Assembly: GCF_963921235.1 (NCBI RefSeq)
Contig: NC_086097.1
Location: forward strand, 123,506,001 to 123,570,000
Direction of reading: 5' to 3'
Length of the DNA stretch: 64,000 nucleotides
Source of the DNA: Mobula hypostoma
Taxonomy: Eukaryota
Positions 25,823 to 38,154 of this stretch are shown piece after piece (the first letter of the stretch is position 1; each line of letters opens with the position of its first letter). The translations under genes and the position numbers were made by a program. Below the pieces are notes generated by a model. It was not told where the DNA came from, searched no databases, and saw only the letters and a program-made list of their open reading frames with translations.

Positions 25823-26549
25823 GACAGCCTGCAAGTAGATTCAAAGACCAGCATTAAATCACAAAGAAACATGTGCACTCTTGATTAATCCCACATTAAT
25901 TTGACTTTTGCAACAATATTTTTGGACAATGTGTGGACAAATTTCTTGGCCTGAGTGTCTTTCTACCCTAGTACGGCTGATATAAATCTTACACCTTCTA
26001 CAACGTATCAGTTAAAATGTAGTGCAGAAACCACAAGCTATTGTATATAATTAACCTTTGGGGTGATGCCAAGGTTAGATCTAATATATCTCTCCATATA
26101 ACTACATGAAATTCTTGCGTCTTTTTACAATTTGTATGGATTATCTAACAGTGACATTCTGTGTTCAAATCATCCATAATATTTCAATAGAGAAGTTCAA
26201 ATGTTTTTTTAAATCACCCATAACTCTTTCATTATAAACCACAGAATGTCTCACACACACTCAAAATTCAATAATTACTGTTATTTTATACTTTGCCATT
26301 AAATCTCATGACTCTATTTTTTTCATGAAATACAATCTGTCAGTAATGTTCTATCTCAAAATTCTACGGCACATATTTTCTGCGTGTGCTTTGCAAGAAA
26401 CAGCTTCTTCAACTTTGTAGGGCCCGAGGTTCATTTTTAAGGATGTATGCAATGTTCATATTGGTCGACAGCATAATCTTTTCAAAGCTTATGATCTGCA
26501 GTTGCACTTCCGTCTCCTAATCCTCTAATCTTTGATCATGTTAACCACA

Positions 26550-26805
26550 CTAACATAGTGATTAGCGCAACACTATTACAGCTTGGGGCGTTCCTGAGTT
26601 CGGAGTTCAATTCCGGCGCCATCTGTAAGTACGTTCTCCCCATGATTACATGGATTTCCTCTGGGTGCTCTGGTTTCCTCCACAATCCAAAAGCGTACCA
26701 ATTAGCAGGTTAATTTGTCATTGTAAATTGTCTTGTGATTAGGCTTGGGTTAAGTAGTGGGCTGGAAGTGCCTGTACTGTGCTGTATCTCTAAACAAAAT
26801 AAAAC
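26550..26805 (+). mobile_element. V-domain tRNA SINE, near full length
   Basis: A-box-like tagtgattagcg, B box gagttcaattcc, V-domain, and 3' tgtgctgtatctctaaacaaaataaaa. Confidence 0.8.
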
Positions 26806-26861
26806 ATTAGTGAACCACTTCGATGCGCTGCTATTGACAACTCAGCAAGGGTAAATAGTAG

Positions 26862-27004
26862 CTCACACAAAACGCTAGAGGTGCTCCGGTCTCAGCCCAA
26901 AACATCGACTGTTTACTCTTTTCCATAGATGCTGCCTGGCCTGCTGAGTTCCTCCAGCATTTTGTGTGCAGTGCTTGAATTTCCAGCATCGGCAGATTTT
27001 CTCA
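26862..27004 (+). mobile_element. Short Penelope pLTR fragment with small 5' inversion
   Basis: A ~20-bp inverted piece cacacaaaacgctagagg, then the plus pLTR starting inside the hammerhead (ggtctcagcccaaaacatcgactg). Confidence 0.7.
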
Positions 27005-27359
27005 TGGAAATGGATCTTAATTAACATTTACGTTCCGGTGCATTTTGCTCTGTAATCCACTTGATTTGCAGAACTAATTGCAACACAAACATCTAACCAC
27101 ATGCCTTACAAACAAGGGTGAGTGTATGTTAAAGGTTAGATTTATAAATGAGTAATAAGGAGACGATTTTTGATAGATGTTAATTGACAGGAAAAGAGGT
27201 GCCATTGCACAAACTAGAAAATATCCCTTGTTTTACTTTGCTCATAATGATCCTGAAGGTCGCAAAAGAAACATAAACTGTTTGGAAATTCAATACCATA
27301 ATATCGCTAAGTCAGCATGAGACCATTGTAAATCGTTCTTTTCCCAGATTGGAACATGG

Positions 27360-27920
27360 TTTCAAGGATCAACATGTATTAGGAATTTGCTATAGTATGT
27401 TAGTCAGGACACAACATGCAGATAGAAACAACATTCAACAATTATAAAAATAAAGAGGTATATAAAATAATTTAGAGGTTAAGGTATGGATATGGAATAA
27501 AATGTGCATAAATACATAAATAGCAGCATGTATTTACAATGTAAACAGCATTATGAAAAGTGGATGGAAGTGTTAACAGTGCAGTGACAGGGGTAATAGA
27601 TAGAGGGGGTGGCGGTGTACCAAGAATGGTTGATCAGATTGACTGTCTGGGGAAAGAAGCTTTTAGGATTGCTTGAAGTTTTTGTTTTGATAGCCCTTTA
27701 GTTCTTTCCAGAGGGAGTTTTAGGAAAAGGCAATTTGTAGGGAGTGTCGTGTCTGCAATGATCTTTCTGCCCACTTCTTTGACCTGGACACATACGAGTC
27801 CTGTGGTGATGGTAGACGGCAGACAGTGATATTTTCTGTTGACCTGACAGTTTGCTGTCATTTTTTTACATGGTGAGAAGATGCTGCGCTAAACCAGACA
27901 GTACTGGCTGATGTGAGGCA
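27360..27920 (-). mobile_element. Rex1/Babar 3' fragment
   Basis: tcaaggatcaac tail; homologous to 31522-32142, 24920-25100 and 15560-15740. Confidence 0.7.
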
Positions 27921-29739
27921 GTGTAGACGTCCACCAGTATGTCCTGGGGAAAACAAAATAATTTTAAGAACTGCAATAACAATTATTTCTGGGTCGTTTC
28001 ACTCTGGAGATTCAACTGGTCACTTTGGCATGATGCCATCCCTTGTATAGTGTCCTCCTTTGAACAACGTGAGGGAATTTGGATTCAGTTAACTTGAATG
28101 CATCTACTGTTGGACGGTCTTTAGCTATCTTCACAACACAATGATGGGCTGAAGCCCAAGTCAAAGAAATCTCTTAACTTTTACCATCACCACCTCCACA
28201 TCTACACTGCAAGTTCAATGTGGCTGTCAACATCACTAATAACACTCTCACTCACTGCATCTCACCAAGGCTTGCTTTACAAAATCCACTTTCCTCTCTA
28301 CTGTCAGCCAACAGATCATAGCTCTAGCTCTGGACTCATGCTCCGCTCTCCGACTAACCACAGACCTTGTACTGTATCAGATGGATTGTGAGTGCACATG
28401 CATCTCATTGATCACATAGAGAATTGATTGGGCCGCCTACACGCAGAGGTATCTCTCTTCGGGACACCGGCTTTCGAGTGCGCATGCTTTTCGTCTGGTG
28501 GGCCCCATTCTCACACTGTAAGTTACCCAGCATGCTCCATTACTAGCAAGACACAGTAACAAAGTTTAATCATATTACACCATTGTAGATATTGCTCTGC
28601 ACAATAAGTAATGGGCCTAATTTAGTGCTCGCCCCCACCAATGATCAACTGATGCCCTGATTCCAAGTCATCTTCCACCATCCTTAACGAATTAATTGCA
28701 CCAGTCCTGGCACCCCTACGTTTCCTTGGCTGATATAATGCTCTGATCCTGGGACCCTGTCCACACTCCTTACACCTCCAGCCTTGCACCAATCATCACC
28801 TCAGATCTGAGACCTGTCTTTCCCCAATCCAAGGTGCAGATAATGGTTCTATTTTCTCTTGCCCACATCTCCCCCAACCCAAGGTATTGGCCTTATTCTT
28901 CTGCATACTCTGACCCTGTTTGAATTTCATGGGACCCTGCAGAGATCTGACCTGGCATAAGGAGAGATTGACAATTCACTCGCGCTACACAGCCGAAGTA
29001 CAGTATCGATCCTTTGTGCAAGTCGTTCAGAAAGTTGGGGAGAAGGCAGGAGAATTGAGCTGATGGGAAAATAAATCAGTCATAATCACATGGCAGAGCT
29101 GACTCAATGGTCTAATTCTATGTCTTATGGTGTTAGATTTCTGTAGTTGAAAGTGCATCCATTAAGTTTCAGCAAAATGGATTCCAATTTCAATATTTTC
29201 TGTATGTAAAGCCCTGGTTAAGATTTGTACTGCTAGCGCTGTAGGGTATTTCATTTAGTAGCTTTCTGCAGAAGCATGTGTGCTGCTGACAGTATTTGGG
29301 TTTTGGTTAAAGATAAAGGGCCGCGATGTTCACCTTAGGACGGTTGTGTCAGCCAATCAGGATGGCGGAATTGGGGGAAGGTTCTAATGAAAGCTGGGCG
29401 GAGAGAGATTTATGATGGACACTGGTGGGGTTTGGGGTCCCTTCCGCGGGAGATGGAGGGAGGAGAAGATCAGGAGAGATGGCTGTAGGACTCGAATCAA
29501 TGGGAAGACGTGATTGCAAGGAGTACTTTGCGAGACGAAAGAGTCCAAGATGAGAACTTCTTTTTTCTTTTCCTCTTAAAATCTGTTTGATCAAGCTGAA
29601 ATTAGTAAATGCACATTCTTTATAATTGTATGTGGTGTAGATCTGTTATTCCTTGCTGACGGATAATTGTATATGGACAGTATTTACACAGCTTTCGCTC
29701 AAATTGGGATTATGTTAATCAAAGCATCACAACTTCCCT

Positions 29740-30772
29740 CAACCAACACACATCAAAGTTGCTGGTGAACGCAGCAGGCCAAGCAGCATCTGTAGGAAGA
29801 GGTGCAGTCGACGTTTCAGGCCGAGACCCTTCGTCAGGACTAACTGAAGGAAGAGTGAGTAAGGGATTTGAAAGTTGGAGGGGGAGGGGGAGATCCAAAA
29901 TGATAGGAGAAGACAGGAGGGGGAGGGATAGAGCCAAGAGCTGGACAGGTGATAGGCAAAAGGGGATACGAGAGGATCATGGGACAGGAGGTCCGGGAAG
30001 AAAGACAAGGGGAGGGGACCCAGAGGATGGGCAAGAGGTATATTCAGAGGGACAGAGGGAGAAAAAGGAGAGTGAGAGAAAGAATGTGTGCATAAAAATA
30101 AATAACAGATGGGGTACAAGGGGGAGGTGGGGCCTTAGCGGAAGTTAGAGAAGTCGATGTTTATGCCATCAGGTTGGAGGCTACCCAGACGGAATATAAG
30201 GTGTTGTTCCTCCAACCTGAGTGTGGCTTCATCTTTACAGTAGAGGAGGCTGTGGATAGACATGTCAGAATGGGAATGGGATGTGGAATTAAAATGTGTG
30301 GCCACTGGGAGATCCTGCTTTCTCTGGCGGACAGAGCGTAGATGTTCAGTAAAGCGGTCTCCCAGTCTGCGTCGGGTCTCGCCAATATATAAAAGGCCAC
30401 ATCGGGAGCACCGGACGCAGTATATCACCCCAGTCGACTCACAGGTGAAGTGTTGCCTCACCTGGAAGGACTGTTTGGGGCCCTGAATGGTGGTAAGGGA
30501 GGAAGTGTAAGGGCATGTGTAGCACTTGTTCTGCTTACACGGATAAGTGCCAGGAGGAAGATCCGTGGGGAGGGATGGGGGGGACGAATGGACAAGGAAG
30601 TTGTGTAGGGAGCGATCCCTGCGGAATGCAGAGAGAGGGGTGGAGGGAAAGATGTGCTTAGTGGTGGGATCCTGTTGGAGGTGGCGGAAGTTACGGAGAA
30701 TAATATGTTGGACCCGGAGGCTGGTGGGGTGGTAGGTGAGGACCAGGGGAACCCTATTCCTAGTGGGGTGGG
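29740..30772 (-). mobile_element. Penelope-like element (Neptune-type), 5'-truncated: GIY-YIG end plus pLTR, 14-bp TSD
   Basis: TSD atcacaacttccct at 29726-29739 and 30773-30786. Stop-free frame 30770-30135 reads VPLVLTYHP..CKQNKCYTC..VIYCVRCSRCGLLYIGETRRRLGDRFTEH..EQHLIFRLGSLQPDGIN. Confidence 0.95.
29806..29841 (-). ncRNA. Minimal type-I hammerhead ribozyme motif
   Basis: Minus strand agtc-CTGACGA-agg(gtctcgg)cct-GAAAC-GTC-gact. Confidence 0.8.
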
Positions 30773-31248
30773 ATCACAACTTCCCTGTTTTGTTGGACCC
30801 AAATCACACCGACCCTAGACGTATATTGATTATGAAAGGTGGCCTTGTCACCACTGAGTCACGTGGCTATTAGCATGGCCAGTTAATGAGCCAACTTTCT
30901 ATATGAGACTGGTGAGTGGGCTTCGTGTATTTATAAAGGGGGTATTAGGATAAGGTACACAAATAGAGTTGGTAGATTATTGGCCGTTATCCAGTTGAAG
31001 AGCAGAGTAGATTTATAGGGCCACATGGTGTGTACTTGCTTGTTTTTTTTTATGACTTTAGGTCCTTTTGTAATTATACTGATTGACTTGATGGATTCCC
31101 TGTGGAGAAGAGCTGGTCTTTCATGAGGAGGTGTTGGGGTCCCCGGGCTGCGAGATGGAGAATCAGAATGAGGCTTGGTCTTGAGTCAGTTTTGTGGGGA
31201 AGAATCACCAGACCCAATGTCCGATCCCAGGTTACAGGGAGGGAGGTG

Positions 31249-31385
31249 AGTCCTGATGAAGGGACTCAGCTCAAAACGGCGACTATTTAGTCCCGCCCAT
31301 AGATGCTGCCTAACCTGCTGTGTTCCTTCACCATTCTGTGTGTGTCACTCCAGATTTTCAGTATCTGCAGAATCTCTTGAGTTTA
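31249..31385 (+). mobile_element. Short Penelope pLTR fragment starting at the hammerhead
   Basis: agtcctgatgaagggactcagctcaaaacggcgact..gatgctgcctaacctgctg. Confidence 0.75.
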
Positions 31386-31521
31386 TCACAAATGAAGAAG
31401 GCTCATAGAAGCCTCAAGATGGAAAGTAGCATTGGGAGAAGACCCTAGTTTGTAGCTTCAGAATCACTTACTGTACATCAATATGATATACAACGTTGAT
31501 GTGAAGATTAATTGCAACACC

Positions 31522-32142
31522 TCAAGGATCAAGGATCAACTTTACTCGCCATACACACTTGCAAGTATTAGGAATGTGCTGTGGTCCATTGGCACTACAT
31601 GCAACTAAAAAAGAACATTCCACAATTATGATGAATAGGGGAATTATATTAAATAAACTTAGAAGTGACAATATGGAATGAAATGTGCATAAATCAATAA
31701 ATACCAGCTTGTATTTAAAATGTAAACAGCCTTATAAAAAGTGTTTTAAACTGTTTACAGTGCAGTGCAGTGATGGGGTGGGGGGGGGATACACAGAGGG
31801 GAGTGGGGGGGATTAATTAGAATGGTTGATCAGATTAACTGCCTGGAGAAAGAAACTTTTAAGATAGCATGAAGTTTCTGTTTTAATAACACTCTAATGT
31901 TTCCAGAAGGGAACTTTTGGAAAAGGCAGTTTACTAGGAGTGTAGTGTTGCTGATGATTAGTGTCAGCAATGATTATTCCTGCCCACTTCTTTGTCCTGA
32001 ACGCATACAAGTCCTACGATGATGGTAGACTGTGGCCAATGACCTTTTCAGCTGACCTGGCAGTTTGCTCTAGTTTTGTATACATTGTGAGAATGCTGCA
32101 CCACACCAGACAGTAATGGCTGATGTGAGGATGCTCTCTCTA
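31522..32142 (-). mobile_element. Rex1/Babar 3' fragment
   Basis: tcaaggatcaaggatcaac tail; ESILTSAITVW relic in ORF 32070-32255. Confidence 0.75.
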
Positions 32143-32852
32143 GGTAGAGATGCACAAGTATGTTCTGGTCTGAGTATGAGGCTCATTAAAGCCTCATAAG
32201 ATGGAGAGTAGCATTGAAAGTAGACCCTAAATATAGTCTGTGGTTTCAGAATCATTTACATCAATAAGATGTAGTAATCTTAATGTGAAGATTGATTGTA
32301 ACACATGAACATACATACATACAAAGTATGAACTGGAGTAGATCACTTAGCCCCTCAACCATTTACTATCATCACAAATAACTCTGCATTCTTGCCTCCT
32401 GGGATCAAATAATTATAAGGTCACAAGGTGTATACTTGTTTGTATTTCTTGTGATTTTAGGCCCTTCCGTAATAGTACCATCTTAACTGGCTCCCAGTTC
32501 CCAGACAGGTGCTGGTTTCACCCCCAACCATCCAGCCCAGCTCAGTGGATTGTGGCAGTTTCAGGACTGGAATCCCATGCAAACAGGCAGTCCAAAAGCT
32601 GGTGACCCCCTTGGTATGCAAGTTGGCAAGACCGCAGTTCGAGGCCCAGTGTTCAGCATCCTGCTCATTGGAGAGTCTGGAGTTTGAGGCCTGGAGTTCA
32701 GGGTTCCCTCATTGGTGACACAGGAGGTCGAGGCCTGAAGTTTGGGGACCCTCATTGTCATCATCAGAGAGTCCTAGGGTTGATACCAAAGACGGAAGCC
32801 CATAGGTTGATCAGAAGTCTAGAAGTTGAGGCCCATCCTGGGGTTGGAGGAC

Positions 32853-32877
32853 TGTGTGTGTGTGTGTGTGTGTGTGT
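32853..32877. repeat. (TG)n microsatellite
   Basis: About 12 perfect TG units. Confidence 0.95.
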
Positions 32878-33539
32878 TGCTGTTGTTTTTTGTTGCTGTT
32901 GTTCTGTTGTTGCTGCTTATGATGCCTGTGAACATGGTGGGCATGTACGTTGGCACCAGAATGTGTGGCGACACTTGCAACTGCCCCCAGCGCAACTTTA
33001 GATTGTATTGGTTGTCATAGCAAATGACACCATTCACTGTGTGTTTTGATGTACATGTGATAAATAAATGAATCTGAATCTGTATGCTAAAAATATCCAA
33101 AGAACCATTTCTACGACCCTTTGAAGAGGAGAGTTCCAAAACCTCGCATCACAGTGAGGGAAAATAGTTTTGCAGCACTTGTTTTAAATGGGCGATCGCT
33201 CATCTTTAAAAAGTGACACCTTGTTCTAAGTTCTCCCACAAGACAAAAGAAAAACTGCTCCTTTAATACTTTGCTCTTTAAAATATTTGATCAGCTGTTC
33301 TCCATCATTTGTAAGATTTCTTTGGCATTAATTTGGAGCACTATAGAATTTCTCTGCAAATACCATAAATTTGATTTATAGTACCTCATTTTCCCTGAAG
33401 TATTTTCATGGATCTTGTAATCATGGTCACTTAAATTAAATACCAAAAATATTAAATATTACTGAAAGTGAAAAGAACTTAAACTGCACAAATAGGGATT
33501 TAGGCCTACTTCAATGCAGTTTTTACAAGTTAGTCCAAT

Positions 33540-33661
33540 CACAAACAAGAGAAAATCTGCAGATGCTGGAAATCCAAGCAACACACACAAAATGCTGGAG
33601 GAACTCAGCAGGCCAGGCAGCATTTACGGAAAAGAGGAGATGTTTCGGGACGAGACCCTTC
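33540..33661 (-). mobile_element. Short Penelope pLTR fragment ending in the hammerhead motif
   Basis: cacaaacaagagaaaatctgcagatgctgg..gtttcgggacgagacccttc. Confidence 0.75.
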
Positions 33662-33730
33662 AGTTAGTGTTTTTTTTTATTAAATAGTGATTTTTTTTCC
33701 CTGCAAAGTATAAGTCATTCATAAGATAAA

Positions 33731-34310
33731 TGTAACACGCTGTAATGTTTCACTGCTAATGTAATGGCTACTCTGTAATGTTTCACTGCTGAGGTAATAG
33801 TTTCTCTGTAGCAGTAACGTTTGGGTTATGACTAGAAAGAACAGGGCATGCTAGCCAATGAGCGGGATGTTGTTTTTTCTTGTGTGTCTGTGGAGCGGGG
33901 AATTCGCGATCTTTTGCCGGGGGAGATGAGGATAGAAGACGTGAATGGAGAGAGTTGGTAGACCGCTGGATGGAGTGGACTTGGAGCGAGGGTCCACAGC
34001 TCAGCGACGATTGGAGGAGGTCGATGGTGGATGATAGGCCTTATCAGTGAGCTCCAACATTGCACATTAGACTCTTTCATGAGAATGGACCCTTTTTTTT
34101 GCTTTCTTTACTAACCATATAATCAAATTAAGAATTATAAAGCTCAATCGTTTAATCGTATATTGTGTACTGTTTGTTATTTCGGGGTATCGATTTGTAA
34201 CGGGGACACATCACGCAGCATCCACCCAAACAAGATTACTCAAGTTTGGCCGGGCTGGGGTGAGGGCTATCATCCCCTACATTAAGCTGCTAGCCAAAGC
34301 GAGAGTTACA
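33731..34310 (+). mobile_element. Solo LTR (Gypsy-type), 4-bp TSD
   Basis: TGTAAC...GTTACA termini; TSD taaa at 33727-33730 and 34311-34314; homologue at 41351-41908. Strand is tentative. Confidence 0.9.
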
Positions 34311-34324
34311 TAAACATTTTACTC

Positions 34325-34730
34325 ATTTATTTATTTTGTTTTGAGATACAGCACAGTAACAGGCCCTTTCAGCACAATGAGTCTGAGCCACCCAGCTACA
34401 TCCGTGTGACCGATTATGCCTTTGGTCACCTCTACATCTTCGGAATGTGGGAGAGGACCTGAGCACGCGGAAGAAGCCCACACGGTCATGAGGAGCAATG
34501 CACAAATTCCTTACAGACAGAGGCCGGAAATGAACGCAGGTCGCTATCGCTGTAATAGCGTTATGCTAACCACTACGATACCCTGCTGTCAGCATGCCAC
34601 CGTGATGCTGAGGTACTTAGTATTCTTAGCAAGACGCACAAAGTGCTGGAGGAACTCAGCAGGCCAGGCAGCATCTATGGAAAAGTGTAAACAGCCAACA
34701 TTTCGGGGTGAAACCCTTCATCAGGACTGA
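34325..34730 (-). mobile_element. V-SINE (34325-34600) and short Penelope pLTR (34632-34730)
   Basis: Reverse SINE tail and V-domain. The pLTR ends at cccttcatcaggactg, the 5' edge of the hammerhead. Confidence 0.65.
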
Positions 34731-34999
34731 CTTAGTTTTCTTCATGTGAGGACAAGTCAATGTTGAGTCAAGAAAATGAAGTTTCACTAAAAAGCAACTT
34801 GTTCACTTTTCTTAACCCACGCTGAAAAGCGAGGTATATAATTAATTTGTATAGCGATCACTCTGTTATAAGTTCACTGTAGGTAGAAGGCTGTGTTATT
34901 TTTGATTTATTGTTTTGTTGTATATCACTAATAAAATATGCCAGTATCTGGATAAATATTCATATTGAGTGTATTATCGTATAAACGTATATCATTGCA

Positions 35000-35612
35000 A
35001 GGGGTGTACGGTGTGTCCAGGGAGGGGTAGCACCTCTGGCATGTATGTCCATCCTGGGCAGCTCACTCACCTTTGGTCCCCACCGGACACTCAGCTCTCA
35101 CCCGTGGCTTCAAGTAGCTGTTTACATGTGACGGCAGCTACTTCCCGGTAGACCACTGCAAGACAGGCGGGCTAAACCAGGTGAGGCTAGCAGGCAGGCA
35201 TCATACCCCCATGAGGTAGGGACATGCATGTGAAGTCAGGTCCAGCGGACTGGGCAGATGAGATCTACAGTGAGATCCAACAGCCAAGAAGGTGGTTCTG
35301 CAACGCTTCATGGAGACTGAAGGCATGACAAGGGCCGAATGGCCTACTCCTGCACCTATTTTCTATGTTTCTATGTTTCTATAACAAGGCCCAGAAGAAG
35401 TTATGATTATCCACTGCAGGAAGACCCCAGTTGTGATGACTACTTGTCCCACTGGACCCAGATCCCCAGGATCGAGAGAGTGGAAATGCCCCAGAGCAAC
35501 AGCTTTTCCACTTTAAAAACTCTCCTGCACGGGTTTCCTCCTGCAGTTCACATCATAAGAACTGCACAAATCAAACTGTCATCATTGGATATGATGGACA
35601 ACCAATCATCAT
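35000..35612 (+). mobile_element. RTE-type non-autonomous element with (ATC)n tail and a ~47-bp CR1 tail insert at 35334-35380
   Basis: aggggtg start, gatggacaaccaatcatcat end, homologue at 23860-24180. The CR1 tail is flanked by atgacaagg / ataacaagg. Confidence 0.6.
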
Positions 35613-36256
35613 ATAATATGCATAATATAATCAAAATAAAATTCATTGTCAAGATAAAAGGCAAAACTTTCAGAGAATAAAATATTGTACTTCATATTTA
35701 ATAAAGCAACAAAAACTAATAAATTGCTACATCATCCGCTTCAGTTTGAGTCAACTTGCACATCATATTATGCGATGTGAAAAGTCATCATGTTCCAATA
35801 TACTTAACTTTGGAACATGAAATTAAGTGAAATTATCAGTGAACTGATATGTTCAACCCATATGTCCCATGGCAGTTCCTGCTCCACACAAACTTCTTAT
35901 CCCCCTCAACCTCTAAAGGAAAAGGTAAACGCTGTAGGTAACTAGAGATACACAGTCAAATGTTACTTTTTCATTAACAACCAATACAGTCTGAGGATGT
36001 GCTGGGAGAAGTCTGCAAATATCACCACTATTCAGGCACCAACATAGCCTGCCCACAATTTCCTAAACTTAATCCATATGTTTTTTGGAACGTAGGAGGA
36101 AAGCATACCACCTGGGAGAAACCCTCACGGCCACGGGGAGAACGTACGAACTCCCTACAGACAGCAGTAGAGCAGTAAAGCATTAAGCTACCCATGACAC
36201 CTACTTTCACTTCATTTTGTCCTCCTCGTCTTGTTAAACATCCTATGAAATGTATA

Positions 36257-36439
36257 CACAACGCGCTGGAGGAACTCAGCAGGTCGGGCAGCATCCGTGG
36301 AAATGATCAGTCAACGTTTTGGGCCGGAACCCTTCGTCCTGACTGATCGTTTCCAAGGATGCTGCCCGACCTGCTGAGTTCCTCCAGCGTGTTGTGAGTG
36401 TTGCTTTGACCCCAGCATCTGCAGAGTATTTTGCATTTA
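36257..36439. mobile_element. Fold-back mini-Penelope pLTR, 14-bp TSD
   Basis: ~57-bp inverted arms at 36257-36313 and 36340-36396. TSD ctatgaaatgtata (36243-36256) / ctatgaagtgtata (36440-36453). Confidence 0.85.
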
Positions 36440-37348
36440 CTATGAAGTGTATATATGCTATACACCTGATTGAAGCAGGCTTTACATTCTAGTACTTTCT
36501 AAGTTGCTCTAGACTTGAGGGATCCTCTCAATATCCATCAAGTTATGTTGGGCAGCAGATTAAGATATAACACTTTGCACATATGCATTCTTCTGAGGCA
36601 GTCCCCAGGGATCCCACTATCTCTGTCGATTCTGAAGTGACTAATAACCATCATCTGTAGTGAAGGAACAGGCTGACTGGTTGCTGAGTGGGTACAATGG
36701 ATTGCTGTATACGTCGCTGAGCCTCCTCATGCTCCCAAGGAGAATCCTTCTGTTCGTTCTAATGTGGAGTCTTTGTACATCAGTTACCACATGGACTTGA
36801 CAAGGCAAAGCCTTGCTGCAGTCACAAAGGGGTCCAAAGCAACTGATGGCCAGAGTCTGCTGAGTGAGTTTAACACACACAAAGATACATGGACATTCAC
36901 AAATATCATGCCTGTCTATACTAATCCCACTTACCTTCATTAATTCCTTATCCTTGGCATGGATGAGTTTCTGTCTGAGTGTGTTTGTAGGTTTGAAAAA
37001 CACAGGGATCTGGCGTTTGTTGAAAATCCTTCCGAGTTTCTCTGAAACTCCAGCTACATGTGGGATGACTATACTCATCCCCAAGGATCCTCCACCCCAA
37101 ACATAAACAGAACAAAATTGTACATGCTATCCAATGCAATCAGAACTGCACAGATCTGTATATTGGTGAGACAAAACAGCCACTTCACAAACAGGTGGCC
37201 CAACATAGGAGGGCTAACACTTCTGGTCAAGTAAACACAAAATAAACTGCAAACAACAGGAATTCTGCAGATGCTGGAAATTCAAGCAACACACATCAAA
37301 GTTGCTGGTGAACGCAGCAGGCCAGGCAGCATCTCTAGGAAGGGGTGC

Positions 37349-37384
37349 AGTCGACGTTTCAGGCCGAGACCCTTCGTCAGGACT
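37349..37384 (-). ncRNA. Minimal type-I hammerhead ribozyme motif
   Basis: Identical to 29806-29841. Confidence 0.8.
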
Positions 37385-38118
37385 AACTGAAGGAAGAGTA
37401 AGTAAGGGATTTGAAAGTTGGAGGGGGAGGGGGAGATCCAAAATGATAGGAGAAGACAGGAGGGGGAGGGATGGAGCCAAGAGCTGGACAGGTGATAGGC
37501 AAAAGGGATATGAGAGGATCATGGGACAGGAGGTCCGGGAAGAAAGACAAGTGGGGGGGGGGAACCCAAAGGATGGGCAAGGGGTATATTCAGAGGGACA
37601 GAGGGAGAAAAAGGAGAGTGAGAGAAAGAATGTGTGTATAAAAATAAATAACAGATGGGGTACGAGGGAGAGGTGGGGCATTAGCGGAAGTTAGGGAAGT
37701 CGATGTTCATGCCATCAGGTTGGAGGCTACCCAGACGGAATATAAGATGTTGTTCCTCCAACCTGATGGCATGGGTAGCCTCCAACCTGATGGCATGAAC
37801 ATCGACTTCTCTAACTTCCGCTAATGCCCCACCTCCCCCTTGTACCCCATCTGTTATTTATTTTTATACACACATTCTTTCTCTCACTCTCCTTTTTCTC
37901 CCTCTGTCCCTCTGAATATACCCCCTGCCCATCCTCTGGTTCCCCGCCCCCCTTGTCTTTCTTCCCGGACCTCCTGTCCCGTGATCCTCTCGTATCCCTT
38001 TTGCCAATCACCTGTCCAGCTCTTGGCTCCATCCCTCCCCCTCCTGTCTTCTCCTATCATTTTGGATCTCCCCCTCCCCCTCCCACTTTCAAATCTCTTA
38101 CTAACTCTTCCTTCAGTT

Positions 38119-38154
38119 AGTCCTGACGAAGGGTCTCGGCCTGAAACGTCGACT
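38119..38154 (+). ncRNA. Minimal type-I hammerhead ribozyme motif
   Basis: Stem I agtc/gact, core CTGACGA 38123-38129, stem II agg/cct, GAAAC, then GTC with predicted cleavage after C38150. Confidence 0.8.

Larger units (their letters stand above)
29205..30960 (+). mobile_element. Probable LTR-retrotransposon solo LTR hosting the Penelope insert (3' end uncertain)
   Basis: Starts tgtaaagccct. Motif order resembles the solo LTRs at 33731 and 41351 (tttctg..tttgggtt..agccaatcag). No clear TSD. Confidence 0.4.
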
